From Alphaproteobacteria bacterium (GTDB lineage: Bacteria; Pseudomonadota; Alphaproteobacteria; JAEULC01), in the NCBI GenBank assembly GCA_020846275.1, contig JADLEG010000183.1, positions 9,693-73,692 on the forward strand: a DNA stretch of 64,000 bases. The letters run 5' to 3'. The position numbers and the translations under genes are program-made. Below the pieces are notes generated by a model, which saw nothing but the letters and a program-made list of their open reading frames with translations, did no database searches and was not told the origin of the DNA. Each line of letters opens with the position of its first letter. Position 1 is the first letter of the stretch. Shown here piece by piece: positions 36,968 through 48,232 of this stretch.

Positions 36968-38536
36968 ATGTACAACGTACTGCTGATCACCGCCGACCAA
37001 TGGCGGGCGGAATGCCTGTCCGGTCTCGGCCATCCGACGGTCAAGACGCCCAATCTCGATGCCCTGGCGGCGGACGGGGTGCTGTTCCGCGAGCACTACA
37101 CCCAGTGCACGCCCTGCGGGCCCAGCCGCACCTCGCTGCTCACCGGCATGTACATGATGAACCACCGGTCGGTGCGCAACGGCACACCGCTCGACTCGCG
37201 CTTCACCACTCTCGCGCTCGAGATGCGCAAGCTGGGCTATGCGCCGTCGCTGATCGGCTATACCGATATCAGCCTGGATCCGCGCGGCCGCGACCGCAAC
37301 GACCCTGCGCTGAAGACCTATGCCGGCACCTTGCCCGGCTTCACGCAGCTCGTGCCCGGCAGCGAGGGCGAAAGCGCCTGGCGCAAGCATCTCACGCGCA
37401 AGGGATACCACTTCCCGCCCGAGCCCGACGCGGCCTATGTGCCTGTTTCCGGCTATGCGCGCGGGCCGGGCTGGGGCCCGACCTTCGCCCCGGCGCCGTT
37501 CAAGGCCGAGGACGGCGACACGGCCTTCACGACCGACCAGGCGATCGAGTTCATCGCCAACGAGCGCAAGCCGTGGTTTCTGCATCTGAGCCTGCTGCGG
37601 CCGCATCCGCCCTTCATCGCGCCCGAGCCTTACAACGCCATGTACGATCCGGCCAAGGTGCCCGGCTTCAACGGGCTTGCCTCGCGCGACGAGGAGGCGC
37701 TGCAGCATCCCTACATGGCCTACATGATGCGCGACTTCCGCGACCACAAGCGCGACGGCCACGCGCGCGGCCTGCACAAGCCCGAGGATCGCGCCAAGCG
37801 GCAGCTCCGCGCCACCTACTACGGCCTGATCACCGAGGTCGACCATCATCTCGGCCGGCTGCTGAACGCGGTTCGCCAGGCGGGGGCTTACGACAACACG
37901 CTGGTGATCTTCACGACCGACCACGGCGAGCAGCTGTGGGATCACTGGGCGCTGGGCAAGGAGTTCTATTTCGACCAGAGCTTCCACATTCCCCTGATCG
38001 TGCGCCTGCCCGGCGCCGATGCCGATCGCGCGCGCGGCCGCGTGGTGGACGACTTCAGCCAGAGCATCGACCTCATGCCGACGATTCTCGATTGCCTGGG
38101 CGGGCGGCCCCCGGTGCAGTGCGACGGCGCCTCGCTGAAGCCGTGGGTTCTGGGCGAAACGCCGGCGAACTGGCGCCAGGAGGTGTTCTTCGAGCTCGAC
38201 TTCCGCGACGTCGGCGACCCGGCGCCGGAGCGCGAGCTGGGGATCACGCTCGACGAATGTTCGCTGGCGGTGGTGCGCGACCGCCGGCACAAATACGTCC
38301 ATTTCGCCGCCTTGCCGGCGCTGCTGTTCGACATGGCCGCCGACCCGCAGGAGCACCGGAACTGCCTGGCCGATCCGGCGTACGCGCCGGCGGCGCTGCA
38401 GATGGCGCAGAAGATGCTGAACTGGCGCCTGGCCATGGCGGACCGCACCATGACCGGGATGAAGCTGTCCTCGAAGGGGCTGCTGGAATGCCCGCCGGAA
38501 CGACGGGTCGGCGCGCCGCGACCGCCCGCGGCTTGA
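36968..38536 (+). CDS. alkaline-phosphatase-superfamily sulfatase-like hydrolase, phosphonate monoester hydrolase (PMH)-like
   Basis: 522 aa. NVLLITADQWRAE, formylglycine-type motif CGPSRTSLLTG, FTTDHGEQLWDHWALGK, and a C-terminal …WRLAMADRTMTG… closely resemble rhizobial/Burkholderia PMH-type promiscuous phospho/sulfo-ester hydrolases. Confidence 0.8.
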   Translation: MYNVLLITADQWRAECLSGLGHPTVKTPNLDALAADGVLFREHYTQCTPCGPSRTSLLTGMYMMNHRSVRNGTPLDSRFTTLALEMRKLGYAPSLIGYTDISLDPRGRDRNDPALKTYAGTLPGFTQLVPGSEGESAWRKHLTRKGYHFPPEPDAAYVPVSGYARGPGWGPTFAPAPFKAEDGDTAFTTDQAIEFIANERKPWFLHLSLLRPHPPFIAPEPYNAMYDPAKVPGFNGLASRDEEALQHPYMAYMMRDFRDHKRDGHARGLHKPEDRAKRQLRATYYGLITEVDHHLGRLLNAVRQAGAYDNTLVIFTTDHGEQLWDHWALGKEFYFDQSFHIPLIVRLPGADADRARGRVVDDFSQSIDLMPTILDCLGGRPPVQCDGASLKPWVLGETPANWRQEVFFELDFRDVGDPAPERELGITLDECSLAVVRDRRHKYVHFAALPALLFDMAADPQEHRNCLADPAYAPAALQMAQKMLNWRLAMADRTMTGMKLSSKGLLECPPERRVGAPRPPAA

Positions 38537-38555
38537 ACCGCCGCGAGGGGCGCGC

Positions 38556-39692
38556 ATGAGGATCACCGCTGTCCGCGCCACGGCGGTGGCCGTTCCGGTG
38601 CGCCATCCCCGCGTCAGGCTCTGGTACCAGCGCACGCATGTGCCGCGCACGATCGTGGAGGTCGAAACCGACGCCGGCATTGCGGGAATCGGCGAGACGC
38701 GCGGGCGGTGGTCGGCCGCGACGATCAACGATCGCCTGCGTCCGCGCCTGATCGGCCTCGACCCGCTCGACCGCGAAGCTGCGCGCGCGCGCTGCGTCGT
38801 CGCGCACGAGGATTTCGGCTTTCCCGAGGACGCGGCCGACCGCATCGCCTTTGCCGGGGTGGAGCTGGCCCTTTGGGATATCGCGGGGAAGACTGCCGGC
38901 AAGCCGCTCTACGACCTGCTGGGCGGCAAGGTCCGCGACGCCGCCGCATTCGCCGCCTATGGCTATCCGATCGACCCCGCGAGCGGCATTGGCGAGGACG
39001 CCATCCCGGCGACGCTCGCCGCACTCGCCGCCGAGTCGATCGCGGCCAGCGGCGCGCGGCTCTACGAGTTCAAGATCGGCCGCCATTCCGTCACGACCGA
39101 CATCGCCACGGTGAACGCGATGCGGCGCGCCCTGGGGCCGGACGTCGCGATCCATGTCGATGCGAACATGAACTATACGATGGACGATGCCCGCCGCTTC
39201 CTCGCAGGGGTTGCGGGGGCCGACCTCGGGAATTTCGAGGAACCGGTCGAGAGCCTTGCCGACATGGAGGTGCTGCGGGCCGAGTTCGGCGTGCCCGTCT
39301 CGACCCATTGCACGCGGTTGGATGTCGTCCGCCGCTTTGCGCGCATCGACGCGGTCGTCAGCGACCTGCCCTATCACGGCGGCATCGACGGTATACGCGC
39401 GCTGATGCGCGACGTGGCGGCTGCCGGGCGCGGGTTCTGGCTGCGCTCGACCTGGGAGCTGGGCATCTCCTGGGCGGCCGTTTGCCACCTGGGCGTCGCC
39501 TGCCGCGAGATCACCCGCGGCGCGCAAGGGTTGCTGAATCTGGTCGGCGACGACTTGGTCCTGGGCGAGCCCTGGTCGGTCAAGAGCGGCGGAGTCGTCC
39601 CGCCGCCGACACCCGGGCTGGGAGTCGAACTCGACCGGACCGCCCTGGCTCGATTCGCTGTTCCGGGCAGCCCGCACGACAGCTTTGCCTAG
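38556..39692 (+). CDS. mandelate racemase/muconate lactonizing enzyme (enolase superfamily) family protein
   Basis: 378 aa. N-terminal capping domain plus barrel with …IHVDANMNYT…EEP… metal-ligand pattern. GAGGGG Shine-Dalgarno sequence. Confidence 0.8.
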   Translation: MRITAVRATAVAVPVRHPRVRLWYQRTHVPRTIVEVETDAGIAGIGETRGRWSAATINDRLRPRLIGLDPLDREAARARCVVAHEDFGFPEDAADRIAFAGVELALWDIAGKTAGKPLYDLLGGKVRDAAAFAAYGYPIDPASGIGEDAIPATLAALAAESIAASGARLYEFKIGRHSVTTDIATVNAMRRALGPDVAIHVDANMNYTMDDARRFLAGVAGADLGNFEEPVESLADMEVLRAEFGVPVSTHCTRLDVVRRFARIDAVVSDLPYHGGIDGIRALMRDVAAAGRGFWLRSTWELGISWAAVCHLGVACREITRGAQGLLNLVGDDLVLGEPWSVKSGGVVPPPTPGLGVELDRTALARFAVPGSPHDSFA

Positions 39693-39981
39693 CCGTCCGA
39701 GCCACTGGCCCCGGAACCTTCATCGCGACTTGGACGATGCGCCCTGCACCCGTTACCTCCCGCTGATCTGGACATGTCATTGAATCCACCGGTCGTACGA
39801 AAGGCCGGAAGTTTCAACGAAACTGTCAGCGCTCCCGGGTGCGTCGCACCCAATTCATTCAGCCAGAAATGCGACCTGTATAAGAATTGTTTATAGTGGC
39901 AGCATATGCCCAGCAACGGCGAGCCGCGCAAATCCTCTTGGATACGGCTGCAACGCAGAACGGATGAAGGAGATAGGCAGA

Positions 39982-40959
39982 ATGCTGACACCTACTCGCG
40001 CAAGGCGGCACATCGGGCTCGGCCTGCTGGCCTTGGCCTTGTCGGTCGGGCCGGCCGTGGGACCGGCCGTTGCCCAGAAGCTTGTGCTTTATACCGCCAG
40101 CAACGAAGAGATCGAAAAATCGGTCATGGCCGCCTTCGCCAAGGCTCACCCCGAAATCAAGGTCGAGGCGATCAATCTTTCGACGGGCCCGGTGGTACAG
40201 CGCGCGATCGCCGAGAAGGCCAACCCCCAGGCCGACGTGATCTGGATGATCAACGACGTTGCGCTGAACCAGCTCAAGGCGGCGGGGGTGTTCGAGCCCT
40301 ACGAACCGAAAGGCGCCAAGGTGCCCGACGATTTCCGCGATCCCGACGGGTTCTGGCTGGCCCACAACGCGACCATCATGGCCATGGGGGTCAACACGAA
40401 GCTGCTGAAAGAGAAGAACCTGCCGATGCCGGCGGTGTGGCAGGACCTGACCAATCCGGCCTACAAGGGCACGATCAGCGTCGCAGCGGCGACCAAGTCC
40501 GGCACCGGCCTAACCATCGCCGCGACGATGTACGATGCCTTCGGCTGGGACTTCCTCGACAAGCTTCACGCCAATGTCTTCCAGTATCAATCCAGCGGGG
40601 GCGCGCCGGCCCGCCAGGCCGCCGCGGGCGAGGTCGTAATCGGCCTGACGTATGACACCGCGATCGTGCAGCAAGTGCGTGCCGGCCAGCCGATCGAGAT
40701 GGTCTACGGCGGCTGGTCGCCCAACATCCTGGAGGGCGCGGGCCTCGTTGCCAAAGGACCGAACCCGAAGGAAGGCAAGGTGTTCATGGACTTCCTGTTC
40801 GGGCCGGATGCCGGCCAGGCGTTTGCCCCCTATGTCGGCATCGGCGCGGCGCCCGGCGTGACGAACGTCGACCTCAGCAAGGTCAAGATGTGGAAGATGA
40901 AGAAACCGATCGACGCCGACGCGTTCAAGCGCGAATGGGCCGCCAAGTACGAAAAATAG
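39982..40959 (+). CDS. ABC transporter substrate-binding protein (family 1; 2-aminoethylphosphonate/Fe3+/polyamine-like)
   Basis: I chose the ATG at 39982, preceded by an AGGAG Shine-Dalgarno sequence; the ORF track starts at 39964. Signal peptide …LALALSVGPAVGPAVA. PhnS/AfuA-like fold. Confidence 0.8.
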   Translation: MLTPTRARRHIGLGLLALALSVGPAVGPAVAQKLVLYTASNEEIEKSVMAAFAKAHPEIKVEAINLSTGPVVQRAIAEKANPQADVIWMINDVALNQLKAAGVFEPYEPKGAKVPDDFRDPDGFWLAHNATIMAMGVNTKLLKEKNLPMPAVWQDLTNPAYKGTISVAAATKSGTGLTIAATMYDAFGWDFLDKLHANVFQYQSSGGAPARQAAAGEVVIGLTYDTAIVQQVRAGQPIEMVYGGWSPNILEGAGLVAKGPNPKEGKVFMDFLFGPDAGQAFAPYVGIGAAPGVTNVDLSKVKMWKMKKPIDADAFKREWAAKYEK

Positions 40960-41043
40960 GACAGGTCGGGTAAGCTAGGTGCCGCCGCGCCGATTCCAGG
41001 CGGCGCAGCGGCACCGTTTACGGCGAAGACGCGGGACCAGGCC

Positions 41044-42111
<1,068 letters not shown>

Positions 42112-42117
42112 TCGGGC

Positions 42118-44193
42118 ATGGGCATTGCCGCTCGCCATCTGCCGGGATACGCCGTCACCGCCGCGGTGGGCCTGCTGCTGTTCGTGTTCATCGCGTTGCC
42201 GATCGGCTTGGTCTTGGTCGAGAGCGTCCGCCTCGCCGGACCGATTCCGCTCGCGGAGATGTCGCGCATCACCCAGGGCGGCCTCGACCGGCTCGACCCC
42301 GATGATCGTCAACGCCAGATGACGCGGTGGATTGCAACGCTGAAGCCGGACGAGCGCACAGCGGCGGTTGCGGCGGCGATCGAGCTGTTGGGCCATCGGG
42401 TCCCATGGGATCGCAATGCGCCCTTCGACGACCAGGCCGTAGCAGCGGCCGCCGCCGTCGACGCCATGAGCGCCGCCGACCGCAAGAAATTCGATGCGAT
42501 CTATCCCCTGGCGGTTGCCACCGTGCACAAGCGCATCCCGCTGGCATTCCGCCTGCGGGACAAGATTTCGCCGGAAGAGTTCGATGTCCTGCGCGAGGGG
42601 GTCCGCCAGGGCTATGGGCTCGACCACTATGTCGAGGTCCTGACATCGCCGCGCCTGCACAAGGCGTTCCGCAACAGCCTCGTCCTCTCCTCGACGGTGT
42701 CCGTCCTGACGACCGTGCTGGGCTTCGCGATCGCCTACGGCATCAATCGCAATGCGATCTTCTGGCCGCGACTGGTGCGTTACCTGGCGATGGTTCCGCT
42801 TGTGTCACCGCCGGTCGTGATCGCCACCGCCGCCATCCTGTTGTTCGGCCGCAACGGCGCCATCACCAAAGGGCTGCTGCAGGATCATCTGGGTTGGATC
42901 AATGCGGACACGGCGAACCTCTACGGCTGGAGCGGTGTGATCCTGGCGCAGATATTGGGTCACCTTCCGGCCGCGTTCATCGTGCTCGACAATGTCCTTT
43001 CCAAGCACGATGGCCGGATCGAGGAAGCGGCGGCCGGCCAAGGCGCCGGCGCCTGGCAGGTATTCACCCAGGTGACGCTGCCGATGGCGCAGCCCGGCAT
43101 TGTCCGCAGCCTGATCCTGGTCTTCATGCTGATCATGACCGATTTCGGGAATCCGCTGGTCATCGGCAAGGACATCCCGGTCCTTGCGGGGATCCTGTAC
43201 GATGAAATGACCGGCTTCCAGAACACGCGGCTCGCCGCGGTGCTTGCGGTATGGCTGATCGTGCCGGCACTGTCGGTCTACGTGCTGGTCGAGCGTCTGG
43301 GCCGCCGCAAGCGTTATGCTTCGTCCGGCGGCGCCCCGCCGGAGTTGCCGGTGCCGGCGACAACCCGTGCGCTCCTTACGACGGTGGCCTGGTCCGTCGT
43401 GGGGATGATGGTCGTGCTTTACGGCTCCATCGTATTCGCCTCCTTCGTGAAAATCTGGCGCGTCGACAATTCATTCACCCTGGCCTGGTACACGTCCAGC
43501 GGCATTGCCGGCTTCGTGTCTGGCCAGCGCGGGGTTAGCGTCGTGCTGGACAGCATGAAAGTCGCCGCCATTGCCGCTCCCATCGGCGGCCTGCTCGCCG
43601 TCACCCTCGCGTATCTGGTCGAGCGCGTGCGCGCGCCCGGCAGCAATCTCTTGGGATTCGTTGCGCTGCTGCCGGCGGTCCTGCCGGGCGTCATCCTGGG
43701 CGTCGGCTATGTCGTGGCATTCAACCTGCCGTTCGGGATCAAGAGCATCGCGCTGACCGGCACAATGTGGATCCTGGTGATCAACATTCTGTTCGCCAAT
43801 ATCTTCATCGGGTACCTAGCGGGACGGGCGTTGCTGCAGCGCTACGACGAGTCGATCGACGAGGCCGCCGAGGCCCTCGGCGCATCGCTTTGGCAACGCT
43901 TCAGCAGGGTGACCTTACCGACCATGCGCCATGCGCTGATGCTGGGAACCCTGTATATTTTCGTCCATGGGCTGACCACGCTGTCCGCCGTGGTCTTCCT
44001 GGTAAGCCCGGCGCATCGCCTGGCGTCCGAGGCCATATTCGACACGGCGGACAAGGGGTACTACGGCGTGGCCAGCGCGCTCAGCGTCACAATCCTGGTG
44101 ATCGCAGTGACCGTGATGGCCGCTATCCATCTGACCGAACGCTATGGGCCGGTTTGGGCGCGGGTCGGCGCCGCCGCGTCCGGCCGCACCTAG
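42118..44193 (+). CDS. ABC transporter permease, fused two-domain
   Basis: 691 aa with two BPD_transp_1 domains and about 12 predicted TM helices. Confidence 0.85.
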   Translation: MGIAARHLPGYAVTAAVGLLLFVFIALPIGLVLVESVRLAGPIPLAEMSRITQGGLDRLDPDDRQRQMTRWIATLKPDERTAAVAAAIELLGHRVPWDRNAPFDDQAVAAAAAVDAMSAADRKKFDAIYPLAVATVHKRIPLAFRLRDKISPEEFDVLREGVRQGYGLDHYVEVLTSPRLHKAFRNSLVLSSTVSVLTTVLGFAIAYGINRNAIFWPRLVRYLAMVPLVSPPVVIATAAILLFGRNGAITKGLLQDHLGWINADTANLYGWSGVILAQILGHLPAAFIVLDNVLSKHDGRIEEAAAGQGAGAWQVFTQVTLPMAQPGIVRSLILVFMLIMTDFGNPLVIGKDIPVLAGILYDEMTGFQNTRLAAVLAVWLIVPALSVYVLVERLGRRKRYASSGGAPPELPVPATTRALLTTVAWSVVGMMVVLYGSIVFASFVKIWRVDNSFTLAWYTSSGIAGFVSGQRGVSVVLDSMKVAAIAAPIGGLLAVTLAYLVERVRAPGSNLLGFVALLPAVLPGVILGVGYVVAFNLPFGIKSIALTGTMWILVINILFANIFIGYLAGRALLQRYDESIDEAAEALGASLWQRFSRVTLPTMRHALMLGTLYIFVHGLTTLSAVVFLVSPAHRLASEAIFDTADKGYYGVASALSVTILVIAVTVMAAIHLTERYGPVWARVGAAASGRT

Positions 44194-44201
44194 GGGCAGA
44201 G

Positions 44202-45542
44202 ATGAACCGGCAGGAATGGCAGGAACGCAATGTCGGCGAGGACGGGCGCTCTTGGCTGGACCGCGACGCCGTTGCGTATCTGCACCAGGCCGGGTCGACG
44301 CCCTGCATCACGTCGATCCAGTCCGCCGACGGAGTGTGGCTGGAAGCCCATGGCGGCAAGCGCTATCTCGATCTCTACGGCAACAGCGTCCACCATGTCG
44401 GCTATCGTCATCCGCGGATGATCGCAGCGCTGACGGCCCAGCTGAACGAGCTGACCTTCGCGCCGCGGCGATTCACGAACGAGCCGGCAGTACGGCTGGC
44501 GGAAATGTTGTTGAAGCGTTGGCCGGGCGGCAGGGGCCAGGTGCTCCTCACAACGGGCGGATCCGATGCGATCGAGTTGGCGATGAAGATCGCCCGCGTC
44601 TCGACCGGCCGGTACAAGACCATCTCGTTCTACGATTCCTATCATGGGAACGGCTTCGGCGCGCTCAGCGTCGGCGGGAGGTACGCCGACCGCTCTCCGC
44701 GGTTGGGGCCGCTGCTCGAAGGCGCCCTGCACGTTCCGCCGTTCTACGCCCGCGATGACGCCTGGGATACGCCGGCCGAAGCGTCGCTGGATGCCATGCG
44801 CTACGTCTTCGCGCGCGAGCGCGACATAGCGGCGGTGATTGCCGAGCCGATCCGTTCGACCCCGCACATCCCGCCGGATTGGTATTGGCCGGAGGTCCGC
44901 AAGCTGTGCGATCAACATGGCGCGCTGCTGATTTTCGACGAGATCCCAACCGGGCTTGGCAAGATGGGCAAGCTGTTCACCAGTGAGCATGTCGGCGCCC
45001 GGCCCGACATGACCGTGCTGGGCAAGGCGCTGGGTGGCGGCGTCGTACCGGTCGCAGCCGTGATCGCGCGAAGCGACCTGAACTGCGCGACCGAGCTGTC
45101 CCTGGGCCACTACACGCACGAAAAGAATCCGTTTTGCGCGCGCGCCGCGCTGACCATGCTGCAGATCGTCGAGGACGAGGGACTCGTCGAGCATGCCGCC
45201 ACGCTCGGCGCGCACGCGTTGACGCGCGTGGCGTCGATGTCCACACGCCAGCCCCTCGTGAAATGCGGCCGCGGTCGCGGATTGCTGTTCGCAATCGAAC
45301 TGCAGTCGGCCGGCGCCGGGAAGCCGGTGAACGAGATCGTGCAATCCGTCTTTTGGCGCGTGCTGGATCGAGGAATAAATCTGTCGGCAAGCGAGGGCCG
45401 CGACCTCTCCATCACGGCACCTCTTGTCATTTCACGGGACCAGCTAGATCACGCCCTTGATCAGATCGAAGGCGCAATAGCGGAGGAATGGGGCGGATTG
45501 AATTCTGCAAGTCGACCTGGTCACCGTGGCGGGACCAGCTAG
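44202..45542 (+). CDS. class-III (omega) aminotransferase, PLP-dependent
   Basis: 446 aa. …TTGGSDAIELAMKIAR…, FDEIPTGLGKMGKLF (PLP-lysine region), VLGKALGGG. The ATG lies 9 nt after the permease stop. The upstream 145 aa of the ORF-track frame was rejected. Confidence 0.85.
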   Translation: MNRQEWQERNVGEDGRSWLDRDAVAYLHQAGSTPCITSIQSADGVWLEAHGGKRYLDLYGNSVHHVGYRHPRMIAALTAQLNELTFAPRRFTNEPAVRLAEMLLKRWPGGRGQVLLTTGGSDAIELAMKIARVSTGRYKTISFYDSYHGNGFGALSVGGRYADRSPRLGPLLEGALHVPPFYARDDAWDTPAEASLDAMRYVFARERDIAAVIAEPIRSTPHIPPDWYWPEVRKLCDQHGALLIFDEIPTGLGKMGKLFTSEHVGARPDMTVLGKALGGGVVPVAAVIARSDLNCATELSLGHYTHEKNPFCARAALTMLQIVEDEGLVEHAATLGAHALTRVASMSTRQPLVKCGRGRGLLFAIELQSAGAGKPVNEIVQSVFWRVLDRGINLSASEGRDLSITAPLVISRDQLDHALDQIEGAIAEEWGGLNSASRPGHRGGTS

Positions 45543-45609
45543 AGCGGGATGGCGGCACGCGGTTGCGATCCGACGGTGGCTCGGTATTGGCGAGGTTCGC
45601 TCGACATCC

Positions 45610-47145
45610 TCACAAGAGATCTTTCTCCGTCAGCGTTTGTTCCATTTTGGCATTCGTCCACGCTCGACCGAACGCCCTGCTTAGGTAGTGTTCGTATTCC
45701 GCGGAAAATGCATTCGCGTCCTTGGAAGGATAGTGCCGCGCCAGTGCCGCGGCGACGTCGGGCAATGTGGATAGGCCGAGATCGATTGCCCATCCCCACC
45801 CTGTCCTGCCAAACATTACATCGGCGACGGACGCTGGCGCTTCACACCGAACGATGTGATCGAGATCAACTCCTTTCGGGATGCTCGCCCCAGGAGTGCC
45901 GGCCTTCACGGTCGCTCTCGAAGGAACGCCCAACCTGTCTGCAACGCAGGCAAGAACGTCCCTGGATGTGATGGCATGATCGGCCAGGCGTCCCCACGAC
46001 ATGCTGAGCCAAAGCGAGCGACCTTTGCGCTGGTCCACGTAGATCCGACGCTTCCACCCGCCGAGCGGATTGCCCGGCTCGAAGGTCGCCGGACGCATAC
46101 CCGCCCATCGAAATAGCACGTCCTTCCGTGTGATGCTGGCACCCGGGATCACAGCGCCAGCTTCGCGCAACAGCCTGTCGATGTCTTCATCGCCCGCCTC
46201 GACCTGATCGCTTGCACCGTCGATCGCCGTCTCGGAGGGGCCTATGATGTGGAAGTCCTTCCACGGCAAGCAGATGAACATATGGCCGATGGTGTTGCGG
46301 CTGACGATCCCGACGTCCCGGAAGGCAGGCGGAAGGCGAACGGCGAAGTGACAGCCCTTGTTTGGTGTGACCGTCGGCCCGGCATCGGCATCGGCAAGCC
46401 GATTGACGCCGTTTGACCAAGGCCCCGCCATATTGACGACGACGCGCGCGATCACCTGCGGACGGCTTTTCCCCGTCAAACTATCGACAAGAGTCAGACG
46501 CCATCCGCCCTCGCACGCCTCAGCGCCCGTCAGCGTCACATAGTTAAGCACGGTGGCGCCGTAGCCGGCAGCTTCGAGCGCATACTCGACGCACACACGT
46601 TCCGGCCAGTCAAACACCAACTCCGAATAAGAGGCAATTCCCACAAGATCGTTTCCGAGATACGGCGCCAGTGGATGAGATATGAGGCTCTGCTTCGAGG
46701 TTCGGCGATAGTTCAGCGGAACCGAGTACCCGCCCATGCCCTTGAGCATGGCGAAGGCGAAATCGAACTGCCAGGGCTTGACGGCGTCGGCCTCGCGCAG
46801 GGGAATGTGAAGGGTGACTGGCTTCAGGCGCCCCGGCAGCTCTTGGGACAGGCGCTCGCGCTCCCGCATCATATTGCGAGCAAGAAGCACATTACTCAGC
46901 TTCTCGCCGAGCGTCCGAGCGTCCTTGGCAATGGCGAGATAGTTGAGACCGCAATGAAACATGCGGCTGGACCGGGACGTACTCTCCGAGCCGAAATCGT
47001 TCCTCTCCACGAGGAGCACGTTGTAGCCGGCAGCAGCGAGCGTCTTGACAACCGCGCTGCCATTGATGCCGCCGCCGATAACCGCGGCATCGAACGATCG
47101 ACCGTCTAGTTCGGCCAAGTTGTCGCGGGTCAGAAAGCTAGCCAC
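45610..47145 (-). CDS. FAD-dependent oxidoreductase, glycerol-3-phosphate dehydrogenase (GlpD)-like
   Basis: FDAAVIGGGINGSAVVKTLAAAGYNVLLVERNDFGSESTSRSSRMFHCGLNYL is a GlpD-type N-terminus. I chose the GTG at 47145, which overlaps the upstream OCD stop. A TTG at 47118 is an alternative. The longer ORF-track start overlaps the OCD gene by 130 nt and was rejected. Confidence 0.7.
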   Translation of the reverse strand: MASFLTRDNLAELDGRSFDAAVIGGGINGSAVVKTLAAAGYNVLLVERNDFGSESTSRSSRMFHCGLNYLAIAKDARTLGEKLSNVLLARNMMRERERLSQELPGRLKPVTLHIPLREADAVKPWQFDFAFAMLKGMGGYSVPLNYRRTSKQSLISHPLAPYLGNDLVGIASYSELVFDWPERVCVEYALEAAGYGATVLNYVTLTGAEACEGGWRLTLVDSLTGKSRPQVIARVVVNMAGPWSNGVNRLADADAGPTVTPNKGCHFAVRLPPAFRDVGIVSRNTIGHMFICLPWKDFHIIGPSETAIDGASDQVEAGDEDIDRLLREAGAVIPGASITRKDVLFRWAGMRPATFEPGNPLGGWKRRIYVDQRKGRSLWLSMSWGRLADHAITSRDVLACVADRLGVPSRATVKAGTPGASIPKGVDLDHIVRCEAPASVADVMFGRTGWGWAIDLGLSTLPDVAAALARHYPSKDANAFSAEYEHYLSRAFGRAWTNAKMEQTLTEKDLL

Positions 47146-48085
47146 GATTGTCACCGGCAGGAGTCGCGACGGCATCGGCCTCTTGCTTGCAGAGTTCGTA
47201 GGCGAGTCTGATGTCGATTGCTCCGAGGCCCGTCGGCAAGAAGTAGCCTCCGCTTCCGCCGCCAAAGCCATTCGCCTCCAGAACGGAGAGCAAGGACGAG
47301 GGGGTGACCTTTTCGAACGCCGCTATATTGCCGTCGCGTGAAAGGGCATCGAATTGCGGCAGGTCGTCGACGACGAACGTACTGTCGGCTGGAAGTCCTT
47401 GTGTATCGAACGACCTGCCCAAATCGACAAGACTGCAGAAGCAGGATTGATCGAGCCACTCGGCCTTAAGCAGCGTGCTCGAGGGACTAGGCGTGCTGGA
47501 AATTACGATGTCGGCATCGTGCACGCACTCCTGTAGAGATCCGTAGGCGTGAGCCTCACAACCCAATGCCTGGCGCGCGAAATCGGCAAATTGCGACGCG
47601 GTTTCCATTGATCGGCTATATGAAGCGACACTGCGGACTTCAAAACGTTGTGCGAAGAACGCGAGGTGAAGGCGGGCCTGTTCACCGCAGGCGACAAAGG
47701 CAATTCGATGGCTGTCTCGGCGAGCCAAGGCCAGTGCGGCGAGAAGGCTGACGCATGCAGTCCTTGTTGCCGTGATCCTTCTCGCATCGACGACTGCAAA
47801 CGGCTTCGCGCTGTCCGTCTTGCTCAGTACGATGACTGAACCGCCCCGGCCGCCGGCCGACGGTCCCGAAGTCGTGCCAAGCCATTTGACCCCCGCAATG
47901 CCGACCTCTTCCAGTATCGCGGGGAAAGCCATGAAACGGACACCGTCCCGGGTCGAGATGGTAGGCCGGGGAGCAACGACGATGTCGCCGCGTGCTATTC
48001 CATGGAGCGTGTTCTCCGCGATCGGAATGACTGTGTCCGGAGTCAGTCGAAAAGCCTGAACGGCATCGTCGGAGATGAACTGCAT
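47138..48085 (-). CDS. ornithine cyclodeaminase/mu-crystallin family protein
   Basis: MQFISDDAVQAF… N-terminus and Rossmann region typical of OCD/ketimine-reductase proteins. I chose the internal ATG at 48085; the ORF track starts at 48130. Confidence 0.75.
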   Translation of the reverse strand: MQFISDDAVQAFRLTPDTVIPIAENTLHGIARGDIVVAPRPTISTRDGVRFMAFPAILEEVGIAGVKWLGTTSGPSAGGRGGSVIVLSKTDSAKPFAVVDARRITATRTACVSLLAALALARRDSHRIAFVACGEQARLHLAFFAQRFEVRSVASYSRSMETASQFADFARQALGCEAHAYGSLQECVHDADIVISSTPSPSSTLLKAEWLDQSCFCSLVDLGRSFDTQGLPADSTFVVDDLPQFDALSRDGNIAAFEKVTPSSLLSVLEANGFGGGSGGYFLPTGLGAIDIRLAYELCKQEADAVATPAGDNRG

Positions 48086-48232
48086 TCTAGCCTTCGTAAT
48101 CGTTCCACCCGCAAGTCTCGCGAGGCGCAACAGTCCGTTGAGTGTTCAATCTTCTACGATCTGCATCGGAAGCGGCGTGGGCATGAGCGGAGTTCTGCAG
48201 GAATGCGGCTCCCAATGAGGCAAGCCGAAGCG

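Noticed and set aside
39693-39981. Lower-GC 290-bp spacer before the SBP gene containing the palindrome GGTGCG-t-CGCACC, considered as a small RNA or terminator
   Set aside because: The hairpin is short, is not followed by a T-tract, and has no further support. Most simply a promoter region for the downstream importer operon.
45481-45560. Possible direct repeat of the tRNA-Ser 3' end marking the left edge of the low-GC island (GGGCGGATTGAATTC vs GGGTGGGATTCGAACC)
   Set aside because: The similarity is weak and gapped, and the sequence lies inside the aminotransferase coding region. Not convincing without a computed alignment.
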